A stretch of DNA of 64,000 nt from an uncultured Candidatus Saccharimonas sp. Lineage in GTDB: Bacteria > Patescibacteriota > Saccharimonadia > Saccharimonadales > OMJO01. The stretch lies in assembly GCA_943353165.1 (NCBI GenBank), contig CALRAM010000001.1, positions 45,483-109,482 on the forward strand. The letters are read 5' to 3'. Made by a program: the position numbers and the translations under genes. Within the stretch, counting starts at the first letter, position 1. Every line of letters starts with the position of its first letter. A model generated the notes under the pieces. The model saw only the letters and a program-made list of their open reading frames with translations. It did not search any database and was not told where the DNA came from. This document shows positions 37,354 through 48,624 of this stretch, one piece after another.

Positions 37354-40300
37354 ATGAAAAGGTTTACACCCAGTAGTGCAGATATTGCTAATTTTGATGC
37401 CGTTAGACTGGCCGTCGCTAGCCCAGAAGATATACTAGACTGGAGCTATGGAGAAGTAACAAAGCCAGAAACTATAAACTACCGAACCCAAAAACCTGAA
37501 AGAGATGGACTCTTTTGTGAGCGTATTTTTGGACCAGTAAAAGACATTAACCCACACGATACAAAGTTTAAAGGCGTACGTTCCAGAGAGGCAGCCGTAG
37601 ACAAAAACGGAGAAGTCGTTACGAAGAGTATCGTCAGGAGAGAACGAATGGGGCATATTAGTTTGGCCGCACCCGTTGCACATATCTGGTTTTTGCATGG
37701 TACACCATCAGCGGTTGGCCTTTTACTAGGTATGACTGTCAAAAACTTGGAACACGTTGCCTATTTTGCTAGCTATATTATCAAATCAGTAAATTCAGAA
37801 AAGCGTGATGCTTTGTTTTCTGACAAAGAAGCAGAATTTGCTGCTGCCAAAGAAGCGATAAAACTACGATTTGAAAAAGAAGCAGCTACAGAAGGTGCTA
37901 ACATAAAAGCTTTGGCAGAAATGCAAACCAAAGAAATAGATTCAGTAACAAAAGAATTCGAAGCAATAAAGCTACAATTTGACGGTTTAGTAAAGCTAAG
38001 TTTAATAAGCGAATTAGACTATCGTTCTCTACCCGATAAAATTCGGTCCTTGATTACTGTTGGAATGGGCGGTTCTGCAATCAAAGAACTTCTAGATGAA
38101 ATAGATTTACATAAAATCATCGATCAGCTGAGTAAAGAATCAGAAGAATCCAAAGGTCAGAAAAAAAAGAAGCTGATGAAAAGACTCAGATTGTTAGAAA
38201 GTATGGACAGAGCCAACATAAAGCCAAACAGCATGTGTTTGACAGTGCTTCCTGTAATACCTCCAGACCTTCGACCTATGGTTCAGCTGACTGGTGGACG
38301 TTTTGCCACTAGCGATCTAAACGATTTGTATAGACGAGTCATAAACAGAAACAACAGACTGAAAAAACTAATGGCTCTAAATGCTCCAGAAGTTATCAAG
38401 CGCAACGAGCAGCGTATGCTCCAAGAAGCAGTAGATGCTTTGATAGATAATAATAGCGCTCGTTCGGGTCGAGCTGTTGCCGCTACAGGCCAACGCCGTC
38501 GACTAAAAAGTTTGAGTGATATGTTAAAGGGTAAACAAGGTCGTTTCCGACAGAACTTGCTGGGTAAAAGAGTTGATTATTCTGGACGGTCAGTTATAGT
38601 TGCAGGACCCGAACTAAAAATTTCACAATGTGGTCTACCCAAGATGATGGCTCTAGAACTATTTAAACCATTTGTTATAGGCCATTTGATAGTAAACGAA
38701 TTGGCCCATAATATTCGTAGTGCAACTAGAATGATAGAAACCAGTGAAACAGAAGTTTGGGATGCTTTGGATGAAGTCATTAAAGGTAAATATGTTTTGC
38801 TTAACCGTGCACCATCTCTACACAGGTTGAGTATCCAGGCATTTCAACCAGTTTTGATTGAAGGCAAGGCTATTCAGTTACATCCGTTGGTGTGCAAAGG
38901 ATTCAATGCCGATTTTGATGGTGACCAGATGGCAGTACATTTACCCCTTTCAGATGCAGCCCAGACAGAAGCAAGAGAAATCATGGCAAGCAACCGCAAC
39001 ATTCTAAAACCTGCCGATGGATCTCCGATACTCCACATCGAACAAGATATTGTATTGGGCTGTTACTTTTTGACTTACGACAGACCTGGAGTCAGTCAGA
39101 CTGTAAAACCTTTCATTAGCTTACAGGAAGCTTTGATGGCTTATGAAGAAGGCACATTACAACTTCAGAGCAAGATTCGAGCACCATTTCGTGGAGAAAT
39201 ACATACAACTACATTGGGAAGACTTCTTTTCAACGAAATTTTTCCAGAAGATTTTCCTTTTCTAGATTTTGCTATGACAAAAAAACGACTTGGCGAGGCG
39301 ATGGCACTGGCATACTCATTGTACGGCCAGGACAAAACAGCAGAAATAGCCGATGATCTAAAAGACATTGGGTTTGAGTATGCAACTCGTTCTGGATTGT
39401 CTATGGGTATGACAGACTTTAACGAACTAAAAGGTTTGGATGTACTGCTAGAAGCTGGCGAAAAACGAGCAGCGGATATTAGCGTCCAATACGATCAAGG
39501 TTTTATTACTGACGAAGAGAGATATCGTTTGACAGTCGAAACTTGGAAAGATATAGATGCTACCGTGCAGGCTCAACTTGTAGAACAGTTTGATTCTGAA
39601 GATACTGCTATGTCAACTGCTGTTAATTCTGGTGCTCGTGGAAACATTGGTCAGGTAAAAACAGCTGTAGGTATGTTTGGTATTACTACTGACGCTTCTG
39701 GCAAAGCTATTGAGCTTCCTATTCGTTCAAACTATATGAAAGGGTTTACCCCACTTGAATATTTTACCGCCACACGTGGAGCTCGAAAAGGTATGATTGA
39801 CACAGCCCTAAAAACAGCTGATTCAGGCTACCTTACTCGTCGTTTGGTAGATGTGAGCCAAGACGTGTTTACCCTAGCAGAAGACTGCGAAGATCCTGGT
39901 TTTGCAATCTACCGCAGTGACTCAGCAGAAATTGGTGTTTCATATGCAGCTAGATTAGCGGGACGATATATCGCAGAAGCTATAAAAGGTGTAGTAAAAA
40001 AAGGCGAGCTAATAACAAAGAATATAGCAGAAACTATAGATGCCGATCCAACCAAGGACGGCGTAAAGATCATGAGCGTACTTAGTTGTAGTAGCGTAAA
40101 AGGTGTTGGCAGGAAATCATATGGATTAGATCCAGCAACTGGAAATCTTGTAGCAGCTCATCATCCAGCAGGTGTTATAGCTGCTCAAAGTATCGGCGAA
40201 CCTGGTACACAATTGACTCTACGAACTTTCCACTCTGGTGGTGTATCTGGCGAAGATATTACCACAGGTCTTCCTCGTGTAGAAGAACTGTTTGAAGTTC

Positions 40301-41166
40301 GTACACCAAAAGGTCAGGCTTTCATGTCAGAAATAGCTGGAACTATTTCAACATGGGAAGAAGGCGAAACAACTATAGTTCAAATAGCTGCAGACGAAAA
40401 TGAAAAAGTATTGTTTGTTCTAGGTGGTCGTAAGGCTCATATAGCAAATGGCAGTGATGTTGCTATAGGAGATGTTCTAGCTTCTAACGAAGAAGGAGCA
40501 GATCCTCAAATCGCACCGATTGCTGGCAAAGCTCATGTAACCAAAAAACAAATCAGTATTAGCCCAACCAGCAAGAGCGCCGCAAGGTACGAAATTCCTA
40601 GCTTTAAACAAGTTGTCGTAAAAGACGGAGACAAAGTTGTACCTGGTCAGAGATTGACTAACGGTTCTATGAACTTGCATGAACTCATGAGGCACCAAGG
40701 AGTTGAAGCAACGCAAAGGTACATAATGAACGATATCTTGCGTATATTTGCATCTCAAGGTCAAAATATCGCAGACAAACATTTGGAAATTATCGTCAGA
40801 CAAATGTTTAGTCGTGTTCAGGTAGAAGAAGCAGGTGACAGTGATTTCGTAACTGGCGACATTGTCAGCAAGATGGCTGTCGTTGAAGTAAACGAGAAAC
40901 TTTCATCTAAGAAAAAACAACCGGCAAAAGTTACACAACTTTTGCTTGGTATTACAAAAGCCAGCCTATCTACGGATTCATTCCTTAGTGCAGCCAGCTT
41001 CCAGGACACTACCCGAGTTTTGATTGCTGCTGCCACTAGTGGAAAAGTAGATCACCTCTTTGGCCTAAAAGAAAACGTTATTTTAGGACGACGTATTCCT
41101 GTGGGAACCGGCTATCGAAGCACTGAAGAGTTAGATGCAGAATTATCAGTTGCTGCTGAGCAATAA
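37354..41166 (+). CDS. rpoC: DNA-directed RNA polymerase subunit beta'
   Basis: NADFDGDQMAVH catalytic loop, bridge helix and trigger loop regions. 1270 aa. Confidence 0.97.
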   Translation: MKRFTPSSADIANFDAVRLAVASPEDILDWSYGEVTKPETINYRTQKPERDGLFCERIFGPVKDINPHDTKFKGVRSREAAVDKNGEVVTKSIVRRERMGHISLAAPVAHIWFLHGTPSAVGLLLGMTVKNLEHVAYFASYIIKSVNSEKRDALFSDKEAEFAAAKEAIKLRFEKEAATEGANIKALAEMQTKEIDSVTKEFEAIKLQFDGLVKLSLISELDYRSLPDKIRSLITVGMGGSAIKELLDEIDLHKIIDQLSKESEESKGQKKKKLMKRLRLLESMDRANIKPNSMCLTVLPVIPPDLRPMVQLTGGRFATSDLNDLYRRVINRNNRLKKLMALNAPEVIKRNEQRMLQEAVDALIDNNSARSGRAVAATGQRRRLKSLSDMLKGKQGRFRQNLLGKRVDYSGRSVIVAGPELKISQCGLPKMMALELFKPFVIGHLIVNELAHNIRSATRMIETSETEVWDALDEVIKGKYVLLNRAPSLHRLSIQAFQPVLIEGKAIQLHPLVCKGFNADFDGDQMAVHLPLSDAAQTEAREIMASNRNILKPADGSPILHIEQDIVLGCYFLTYDRPGVSQTVKPFISLQEALMAYEEGTLQLQSKIRAPFRGEIHTTTLGRLLFNEIFPEDFPFLDFAMTKKRLGEAMALAYSLYGQDKTAEIADDLKDIGFEYATRSGLSMGMTDFNELKGLDVLLEAGEKRAADISVQYDQGFITDEERYRLTVETWKDIDATVQAQLVEQFDSEDTAMSTAVNSGARGNIGQVKTAVGMFGITTDASGKAIELPIRSNYMKGFTPLEYFTATRGARKGMIDTALKTADSGYLTRRLVDVSQDVFTLAEDCEDPGFAIYRSDSAEIGVSYAARLAGRYIAEAIKGVVKKGELITKNIAETIDADPTKDGVKIMSVLSCSSVKGVGRKSYGLDPATGNLVAAHHPAGVIAAQSIGEPGTQLTLRTFHSGGVSGEDITTGLPRVEELFEVRTPKGQAFMSEIAGTISTWEEGETTIVQIAADENEKVLFVLGGRKAHIANGSDVAIGDVLASNEEGADPQIAPIAGKAHVTKKQISISPTSKSAARYEIPSFKQVVVKDGDKVVPGQRLTNGSMNLHELMRHQGVEATQRYIMNDILRIFASQGQNIADKHLEIIVRQMFSRVQVEEAGDSDFVTGDIVSKMAVVEVNEKLSSKKKQPAKVTQLLLGITKASLSTDSFLSAASFQDTTRVLIAAATSGKVDHLFGLKENVILGRRIPVGTGYRSTEELDAELSVAAEQ

Positions 41167-41256
41167 TTCTGTTAGAATAGGTATATCAATCATAAGTAAT
41201 CTGAGCCGCATGTAGGCATTCATGTGCAGCAGTAGGTTACAAATCAAGGAGAATAA

Positions 41257-41670
41257 ATGCCAACAATCAATCAGTTAGTGCGTAAACCGAGAGTCAAGGT
41301 GACTGTAAAGAGCAAATCACCAGCTCTACAACGCGTCGTAAACAACCTAAAGACAAAACATTACGAAAAAGCTTCGCCATTCAAACGTGGTGTTTGTGTA
41401 AAAGTAACTACCAAAACACCAAAAAAACCTAACTCTGCCTTGCGTAAAGTAGCCAGGGTCCGACTAACTAACGGATACGAAGTCTGGGCCTACATAGGCG
41501 GCGAAGGACACAACCTACAGGAACATGCTGTAGTAACTATTCGTGGCGGTAGAGTAAAAGACCTTCCAGGTGTAAGATATCATGTTGTTCGTGGTAGTTT
41601 GGATCTTCAAGGTGTTGCAAACCGAAAACGTGGTCGTAGCAAATACGGCTCAAAGAAAGAGAGCAAATAA
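41257..41670 (+). CDS. rpsL: 30S ribosomal protein S12
   Basis: [12 protein letters not shown]...[28 protein letters not shown]. Confidence 0.95.
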   Translation: MPTINQLVRKPRVKVTVKSKSPALQRVVNNLKTKHYEKASPFKRGVCVKVTTKTPKKPNSALRKVARVRLTNGYEVWAYIGGEGHNLQEHAVVTIRGGRVKDLPGVRYHVVRGSLDLQGVANRKRGRSKYGSKKESK

Positions 41671-41671
41671 A

Positions 41672-42151
41672 ATGCCCCGCAAAAAGACAGCATCACTTAT
41701 CCGAGTTATTCCGCCGGACCGTATTTACGACAGTGTCATGGTCCAACGACTCATAAATAGAGTTATGTTAAACGGCAAAAAACAAATCGCCGAACGATTA
41801 GTTTATGGTGGCATGCAAAAAGCTGCAACAAAACTCAAAGTAGACAATCCTTTGGATGTATTTGACCAAGCAATAAAAAACATCCAGCCTCACGTTGAAA
41901 CTAGGTCACGAAGAGTCGGTGGCGCAAACTACCAAATACCTTTTGAAGTAAAAGGGCAGAGGCAAACACATTTAACTATGATGTGGCTAGTCGCAGCGGC
42001 ACGTTCCAAAAAAGGCATGAGCATGGAAGACCGTATTGCTCTAGAACTTACAGATGCCTATAACCAAACAGGTACTGCTGTTAAAAAACGTGAAGACACT
42101 CATAAAATGGCAGACGCTAACCGAGCTTTTGCGCATTTTGCTAGATTCTAA
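41672..42151 (+). CDS. rpsG: 30S ribosomal protein S7
   Basis: MPRKK...DSVMVQRLINRVMLNGKK... Start set at the internal ATG 1 nt after the rpsL stop. Confidence 0.95.
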   Translation: MPRKKTASLIRVIPPDRIYDSVMVQRLINRVMLNGKKQIAERLVYGGMQKAATKLKVDNPLDVFDQAIKNIQPHVETRSRRVGGANYQIPFEVKGQRQTHLTMMWLVAAARSKKGMSMEDRIALELTDAYNQTGTAVKKREDTHKMADANRAFAHFARF

Positions 42152-42187
42152 AATAACACATTCTAATCACTCAAACCAAAGGAAAAT

Positions 42188-44275
42188 ATGGCCACAAAAA
42201 AATATACAATCGAACAAATACGTAATATAGGCATTATTGCTCATATTGACGCCGGTAAAACTACTACTACGGAAGCTATACTTTATAGAACAGGCCTAAA
42301 GCATAAAATTGGAGCTGTTCACGAGGGAGAAACAACAACTGACTGGATGGCACAAGAAAGAGAACGTGGGATCACCATTGTGTCAGCTGCGGTTACTTGC
42401 TACTGGAGAGATCACCAGATAAATATCATTGATACGCCAGGTCACATTGATTTTACAGTAGAAGTTGAACGATCGTTGCGTGTTTTGGACGGCGCAGTAG
42501 TTGTTTTTGACGGCAAGATGGGCGTAGAGAGCCAGTCAGAGACTGTATGGCGTCAAGCAGACAAATACGCAGTTCCTAGGATCTGTTTTATTAACAAGAT
42601 AAACCAAACAGGTGGAGATTTTTACAAGTCTCTAGACAGTATTCATGCTCGCCTAACAAAGCGTGCTTTTCCTATTCATTTACCGATAGGTTTTGAGCAG
42701 GAAATTAACGGTATCGTTGATTTAGTAGAAATGAAAGCCTATACATATAAAGATTTTACAGATAAGGTTCTGGTAGAGTCAGAGATTCCTGCCGATATGA
42801 TGGATCAAGTCAACAAGGCTCGTAGCTTGTTAGTAGAAAATGCCGTCGCAGAAGACGAAAAGATGCTAGAAAAGTATTTTGAAGTTGGAGAGGAAGGTTT
42901 GAGTAGCGAAGAGATTAAACAAGCTATTCGCTCCGCTATTTTGTCTGGTAACTTTTTTGCAGTAACAGGCGGGGACGGTAGAGGCGTAATAGTAGAAAAA
43001 ATACTAGATTTGGTTGTAGACCTATTACCTAGTCCAGTAAACAGAGGCAATACTTGGGGTACTCAACCCAAAACAGGCGACAAAATAGAAAGAAAACCAG
43101 ATACAGCAGAGCCTCTTTCTGCCTTAGCTTTCAAGATTGCTACTGATCCTTTCGTCGGTAAACTGGCATATTTCCGTGTATATTCTGGAAAGATATCTGC
43201 CGGCAGCTATATTCTAAATAGCTCAACAGGTACAAAAGAACGCGTTGGTCGGATTGTTCGTATGCAAGCCGACAAAAGAGAAGATGTAGAAGTAGTTGAA
43301 GCAGGAGATATTGCAGCTATAGTAGGCCTAAAAGGCACAACAACTGGACACACGCTTTGCGATTCTAGTCACCCTATTGTTTTAGAGAGTATCACTTTCC
43401 CTGAACCACCAGTATCTATTGCTATAGAACCAAAAACCAAAGCCGATCAAGAAAAAATGAGTTTGGCACTGCAACGTCTAGCCGAAGAAGATCCAACATT
43501 TAGAATTAGAGTAGACGAAGAAACTGGGCAAACTATTATTTCTGGAATGGGCGAACTTCATTTAGAAATCATTGTAGATCGTATGAAAAGAGAGTTCACC
43601 GTAGAGGCTAACATTGGTCAACCTCAAGTTGCTTATCGGGAAACAATCCGCAAAAATGATGTTGAAGTTCAGGGCAAGTTTATTCGTCAGAGTGGTGGTC
43701 GTGGTCAGTATGGCGACGTTTGGCTACGACTTAGTCAGAACGAAGCTGGAAAAGGTTTTGAGTTCATAAACTCTATAAAAGGTGGAGTAATTCCAGGAGA
43801 ATACATCAAACCAGTTCAGGAAGGAATCAAAGAAGCGATGTCCAACGGGGTTTTAGCAGGCTATCCAGTTGTTGACATTAAAGCCGAGCTATACTTTGGT
43901 AGCTACCACGATGTAGACTCTAGTGAAATGGCATTTAAAATAGCCGGCTCTATGGCCCTCCAGGAAGGTGTCAAAAAAGCTAGCCCTGTATTACTCGAAC
44001 CTGTTATGAAAGTTGTTGTTGTTACTCCAGAAGCGTTTATGGGTGATGTCATAGGTGACCTAAATAGCAAGCGTGGTCGCATTGAAAGCATGGACGATTT
44101 GGCAAACGGTATAAAGCAGATAACATCATTCGTTCCACTGGGAGAAATGTTTGGCTACACTACAAACTTGCGTAGTTCTACCCAAGGTAGAGCCAGCAGT
44201 AGTATGGAACTTGACCATTACGCAGACGTACCAAATCACGTCGCCGAAGCTATCATTGCTAAAAATGCCAAATAG
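42188..44275 (+). CDS. fusA: elongation factor G
   Basis: G-domain motifs AHIDAGKTT, DTPGHIDF, NKID and domains II-V. Confidence 0.95.
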   Translation: MATKKYTIEQIRNIGIIAHIDAGKTTTTEAILYRTGLKHKIGAVHEGETTTDWMAQERERGITIVSAAVTCYWRDHQINIIDTPGHIDFTVEVERSLRVLDGAVVVFDGKMGVESQSETVWRQADKYAVPRICFINKINQTGGDFYKSLDSIHARLTKRAFPIHLPIGFEQEINGIVDLVEMKAYTYKDFTDKVLVESEIPADMMDQVNKARSLLVENAVAEDEKMLEKYFEVGEEGLSSEEIKQAIRSAILSGNFFAVTGGDGRGVIVEKILDLVVDLLPSPVNRGNTWGTQPKTGDKIERKPDTAEPLSALAFKIATDPFVGKLAYFRVYSGKISAGSYILNSSTGTKERVGRIVRMQADKREDVEVVEAGDIAAIVGLKGTTTGHTLCDSSHPIVLESITFPEPPVSIAIEPKTKADQEKMSLALQRLAEEDPTFRIRVDEETGQTIISGMGELHLEIIVDRMKREFTVEANIGQPQVAYRETIRKNDVEVQGKFIRQSGGRGQYGDVWLRLSQNEAGKGFEFINSIKGGVIPGEYIKPVQEGIKEAMSNGVLAGYPVVDIKAELYFGSYHDVDSSEMAFKIAGSMALQEGVKKASPVLLEPVMKVVVVTPEAFMGDVIGDLNSKRGRIESMDDLANGIKQITSFVPLGEMFGYTTNLRSSTQGRASSSMELDHYADVPNHVAEAIIAKNAK

Positions 44276-44409
44276 GTCTTTACAAAACGCTAATAATTAG
44301 TTAAACTACCCTAGTAACTCGCAAGAGAACTATGTTTTTTGTTAATTTAAAAAACTGACCTGCGATAACAATAACAAAACAAGTTAAATAACACGAGGAG
44401 AAATAATTT

Positions 44410-45591
44410 ATGGCAAACTTTGACCGTACAAAACCACACATTAACGTAGGCACAATGGGTCACGTCGACCACGGAAAAACTACTCTAACAGCTGCTATCA
44501 CTGCAGTACTAGCAAAAAAACTTCCTAGCGATGTAAACAAAGCCGTCAAATATGACGAAATTGACAACGCACCAGAAGAAAAAGCTCGTGGTATAACCAT
44601 TGCAACTTCTCACCAGGAATACGAAAGCGAAAAAAGGCACTATGCTCACGTTGATATGCCAGGACACGCTGACTACGTAAAGAACATGATTACGGGTGCC
44701 GCCCAAATTGACGGCGCTATTTTAGTTGTTGCAGCCAACGATGGTCCGTTGCCACAAACTAGAGAACACGTTTTGCTAGCAAAACAAGTAGGTGTTCCAA
44801 GTATTTTGGTTTTCATGAACAAAATGGATCTAGCCGACCCAGAACTAATAGAATTAGTAGAGATGGATATCCGTGAACTTCTAGCCAAAAATGGTTACGA
44901 CGAAAACGCACCTATCATCAAAGGATCAGCTACAAAAGCACTCGAAGGCTCTGCAGCTGACGAAGATGCAATTATGGAATTAGTAAAAGCTCTAGATGAC
45001 TTTATTCCTGAACCAAAAAGAGAACTAGACAAGCCTTTTTTGATGCCAATAGAAGACGTTTTTTCTATCAAAGGTCGTGGCACAGTAGCTACAGGCCGTA
45101 TTGAACAAGGTATCGTAAAAGTTGGCGAAGAAATAGAAATTATCGGTATCCGAGATACACGAAAATCTGTTGTAACTGGTGTAGAAATGTTTAAAAAGAA
45201 CCTAGATCAAGGACAAGCTGGCGATAACGTCGGTATCTTGCTCCGAGGAATAGAACGCGATGACATAGAACGCGGACAGGTTCTTTGCAAGCCAGGAACT
45301 ATTACTCCACACACAGAATTTGACGCAGAAGTCTATATCCTAAACAAAGAAGAAGGGGGCCGACACACACCTTTCTTCAAGGGTTACAAGCCTCAATTTT
45401 ACTTTCGTACAACAGATGTTACCGGAGAAGTTGAACTTCCTGCTGACAAAGAAATGGTTATGCCTGGGGACACTATAACTTTCAAAGTTAAGTTATTGGC
45501 TCCTATTGCTATGGAGCAAGGTCTTCGTTTTGCTATCCGTGAAGGTGGTAGAACTGTCGGCGCTGGTGTAGTAACCAAAATAAACAAATAA
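44410..45591 (+). CDS. tuf: elongation factor Tu
   Basis: [22 protein letters not shown]; 393 aa. Confidence 0.97.
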   Translation: MANFDRTKPHINVGTMGHVDHGKTTLTAAITAVLAKKLPSDVNKAVKYDEIDNAPEEKARGITIATSHQEYESEKRHYAHVDMPGHADYVKNMITGAAQIDGAILVVAANDGPLPQTREHVLLAKQVGVPSILVFMNKMDLADPELIELVEMDIRELLAKNGYDENAPIIKGSATKALEGSAADEDAIMELVKALDDFIPEPKRELDKPFLMPIEDVFSIKGRGTVATGRIEQGIVKVGEEIEIIGIRDTRKSVVTGVEMFKKNLDQGQAGDNVGILLRGIERDDIERGQVLCKPGTITPHTEFDAEVYILNKEEGGRHTPFFKGYKPQFYFRTTDVTGEVELPADKEMVMPGDTITFKVKLLAPIAMEQGLRFAIREGGRTVGAGVVTKINK

Positions 45592-45611
45592 AACCTAAAC
45601 GATAGGTTAAG

Positions 45612-45638
45612 AAAAAGGGGTCTTTAGGCCCCTTTTTT
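45612..45638 (+). terminator. intrinsic terminator after tuf
   Basis: AAAAAGGGGTC-TTTA-GGCCCC followed by TTTTTT. Confidence 0.5.
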
Positions 45639-45866
45639 AGTCCCAAAAGCTGAAATATATTTTGGTGCTTTTAAAATACTATAAAATGTTGTAGAATTAG
45701 TTAGTAAATTAATCGTAATGACTAAAAGTCGCTGATTCTAGTTAAAGCAAAACTGCTCAGAGATGTTACATTACACCTACAGATAAGTTTATTAAAATAG
45801 TGTTATTTGCTACAGCTAACAACACTTTTAATAAACTTGGAATATGATTCTTGAAAGGAGTCAACC

Positions 45867-46286
45867 ATGGCAGAAGCCAAAAAAACCACGAAACAAAAAG
45901 TAGAAAGTAAGGATACTTCTTCTGATATTGATATAAAAAAACCAAAAACAGAATCAACTATAAAAAAATCAGAACCAATAACCAAACAACGTATTCGTAT
46001 TAGGTTAAAAGCCTATGATCATAAAGTCATAGATCAAGCTGCAAAACAGATACTAGATACAGCTCTTCGTACAGGAGCAACTATCTCTGGGCCTATACCA
46101 CTACCCACCAAAAAGACAGTATTTACAGTAGTCAAAAGTCCACATGTGTACAAAAAAAGCCGTGAACAGTTCGAGATGCGAATCCACAAAAGGCTGATAG
46201 ATATTAGCGATCCTACTCCAAAAACTATTGATTCACTTATGAATCTTAGCCTGCCTGCCGGTTGCGACGCCGAAATCAAGATGTAA
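45867..46286 (+). CDS. rpsJ: 30S ribosomal protein S10 with about 40-aa Lys-rich N-terminal extension
   Basis: Core [41 protein letters not shown]...; RBS AAAGGAG; no alternative later start. Confidence 0.9.
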   Translation: MAEAKKTTKQKVESKDTSSDIDIKKPKTESTIKKSEPITKQRIRIRLKAYDHKVIDQAAKQILDTALRTGATISGPIPLPTKKTVFTVVKSPHVYKKSREQFEMRIHKRLIDISDPTPKTIDSLMNLSLPAGCDAEIKM

Positions 46287-46287
46287 A

Positions 46288-46340
46288 TTTGATTTCAAGG
46301 AGCAGTCTATCCGCCAACTGGCGGAACGCTAAAATCAAAA
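46288..46340 (+). promoter_or_regulatory. extended imperfect hairpin immediately downstream of rpsJ
   Basis: TTTGATTTcaaGGAGC...CCGCCAACTGGCGG...GCTaaAATCAAA, a nested palindrome with no following U-tract. Confidence 0.3.
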
Positions 46341-46405
46341 TGTATCACTACAGTTTTCTACTCATCAGATAATTATCATAAATGTAGGTTTTTTAGTGTA
46401 CAATT

Positions 46406-46693
46406 GTGCTTATGACAAAGTCCAATAAAACAAAGAGAAAAACTAATGAACCCGATAGCGCCTATTTACTGAAGTTAGTTATATTTTTAATTATTGGTGC
46501 TCAGTGGGTAAGGTTTGTTAATCCTTCCGTTACCGTAGAAATACCTATTCCGATAGGACTGATTGTTGGACTATTTATTGCAATGCATGATCATTTTAGA
46601 ATAGACAGAAAAATTGAGTACGCTGTACTATTGGTCGCCATGTTGTTAGGTTTTTGGAGCCAGTCTGGTATTTACTTGACGGTTCTTAAATGA
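46406..46693 (+). CDS. small hypothetical membrane protein inserted between rpsJ and rplC
   Basis: 95 aa with three hydrophobic segments and no recognisable family. Confidence 0.4.
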   Translation: MLMTKSNKTKRKTNEPDSAYLLKLVIFLIIGAQWVRFVNPSVTVEIPIPIGLIVGLFIAMHDHFRIDRKIEYAVLLVAMLLGFWSQSGIYLTVLK

Positions 46694-46872
46694 AGTAGAA
46701 TACACAACATATTGACAAGTGTTACTCTAAAATGGTACTCTGTTATAGATATAAATAGTTTACGTACTTGGTGTTTTGTCAAGTCTCCTGTTTAACAGGT
46801 TAGAAACTGACAAACATCAAGAATTTTTTATGTATGTTTCGATGCATATAACGTCAATAATTTAAAAAGGAT

Positions 46873-47490
46873 TTGATGAAAACACTTATCACCAGAAAGC
46901 TAGGCATGACTAGCACCATCTCTAAAGACGGTGTTGTTCAGGCTGTAACATTACTTTCTGCTGATCCAAACACCATCACCTACCTAAAGACAACCGATAC
47001 TGATGGCTATACTGCAGTACAGATAGGCACAGAGATTGCTAAAAATATGGGCAAAGCACTAGCTGGACACTTTAAAAAATCAAAAGTTCAACCAAAAATT
47101 ACCCGAGAGATTCGCGTCAACCAAATCACAGAGGAAATGATCGTCGGCCAGAAAATTTCGGCCGACGTTTTCGTTGTCGGGGATATTGTGCACGTAACAT
47201 CCACAAGCAAGGGCAAAGGATTTGCCGGCACTATAAAGAGACATAATTTTCATAGACAACGAAAAACGCATGGTGGCAAAGGTAACACCCGAAAACCAGG
47301 TTCTATTGGTTCTATGTATCCTCAGCATATTTTCAAGGGAAAGAAAATGTCAGGTCATATGGGCGCGGAACGCGTTACCGTCAGAAACCTTTCAATTGCA
47401 CTTGTAGATATGGAACTAGGCGTTATAGGCGTAACAGGTGCAGTGCCTGGCCCACGAAAAGGCATAGTTCTAGTTGCGGGAGCTAAATAA
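46873..47490 (+). CDS. rplC: 50S ribosomal protein L3
   Basis: LITRKLGMT...FVVGDIVHVTSTSKGKGFAG... Confidence 0.95.
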   Translation: MMKTLITRKLGMTSTISKDGVVQAVTLLSADPNTITYLKTTDTDGYTAVQIGTEIAKNMGKALAGHFKKSKVQPKITREIRVNQITEEMIVGQKISADVFVVGDIVHVTSTSKGKGFAGTIKRHNFHRQRKTHGGKGNTRKPGSIGSMYPQHIFKGKKMSGHMGAERVTVRNLSIALVDMELGVIGVTGAVPGPRKGIVLVAGAK

Positions 47491-47491
47491 C

Positions 47492-48172
47492 ATGGCTTCA
47501 ACTGCTACTTTTACCAAAACAGGCACAAAGGCTACAGTTGCTGTCAAATTAGACGCTTCAGTTTTTGGCGTTTCTCCGGAAAATCACGAATTAGTAAAGT
47601 CAGCTTACGTTGCATATCTGGCAAACGGCAGAGGCAACCTGGCTGTTACCAAAACTAGGGGTTTAATTAGAGGCGGAGGCAAAAAACCGTGGAAACAAAA
47701 AGGCACAGGTCGTGCTCGTTTTGGTTCTAGCCGTAACCCTATTTGGCGCGGCGGAGGAATAGTTTTTGGCCCAACAGGAAACGAGAACTATACTCACAAG
47801 CTAAACGTAACAGCAAAGCGTCGTGCGATATGTCAAGCTCTCTCATTAGCTGCCGATTCTTCTAAAATTATCATCATAGAATCCTTGTCCTTTAAAGACG
47901 GCAAAACATCAGGCGCAGCTAGCTTACTCAAAAAAATCGGAGCATTTAAAAACATCCTCATAATTACAGATGACAAATCAGATGAAATCGTACGAGCTAC
48001 CAATAACCTGCAAAAGGTAAAGCTAGTTCAAGCCAAATATGTAAATGTTTACGATGTAATGAACGCGGACAGTATCGTTATTACACCTCCAGCTTTGAGC
48101 GCCATAAGCGATTGGCTGATATCACCTTCAGTCCCTAAACCGGCAAAATTAGCCAAAAAAGGCAATAAATAA
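47492..48172 (+). CDS. rplD: 50S ribosomal protein L4
   Basis: KPWKQKGTGRARFGSSRNPIWRGGGIVFGP. Start at MASTATF after the rplC stop. Confidence 0.9.
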   Translation: MASTATFTKTGTKATVAVKLDASVFGVSPENHELVKSAYVAYLANGRGNLAVTKTRGLIRGGGKKPWKQKGTGRARFGSSRNPIWRGGGIVFGPTGNENYTHKLNVTAKRRAICQALSLAADSSKIIIIESLSFKDGKTSGAASLLKKIGAFKNILIITDDKSDEIVRATNNLQKVKLVQAKYVNVYDVMNADSIVITPPALSAISDWLISPSVPKPAKLAKKGNK

Positions 48173-48624
48173 TGAGTCCCGTCAAAGATTTAACTAAAAA
48201 ACCTGTTACAAAAACAGACATACACAGTATTGTTGCTTTTTCAGCTATTGCACCATCAAACAAATCTATGACCCTACGACCACGCGTTAGCGAAAAAGCC
48301 TATGGAATCAGCCAAAAGCTAAATACATACGTTTTCAATGTTCCAGTAGGAGCAAACAAAATTTCTGTTTCCAAGGCCGTCGCCGAACAATTCGGTGTTA
48401 CTGTTGAAGCCGTAAATATATTGAACTCAAAAGGCAAATCCGTTCGTAGCGTACGACGTGGTGGAAAAGCTTCAAATGGGCGCAGAGCCAACACCAAAAA
48501 AGCCTATGTAACAATCGCAACTGGCGATATCATACCTATTTTTGCTGCAGAAGAAGCCGCCGAAGCAAAAGAAGCCAAAAAAGCTGAAAAAGCTGCTAAA
48601 AAATCAGCAAAGGAAAATAAATAA
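48172..48624 (+). CDS. rplW: 50S ribosomal protein L23 with Lys/Ala-rich C-terminal tail
   Basis: L23 core KAYGISQKLNTYVFNV...NKISVSKAVAEQFGV plus a KEAKKAEKAAKKSAKENK tail. Confidence 0.9.
   Translation: MSPVKDLTKKPVTKTDIHSIVAFSAIAPSNKSMTLRPRVSEKAYGISQKLNTYVFNVPVGANKISVSKAVAEQFGVTVEAVNILNSKGKSVRSVRRGGKASNGRRANTKKAYVTIATGDIIPIFAAEEAAEAKEAKKAEKAAKKSAKENK

Noticed and set aside
41582-41671. Long N-terminal extension of rpsG as given in the ORF track (start at 41582)
   Set aside because: It overlaps the rpsL 3' end in another frame. A canonical MPRKK S7 start occurs at 41672, one nt after the rpsL stop.
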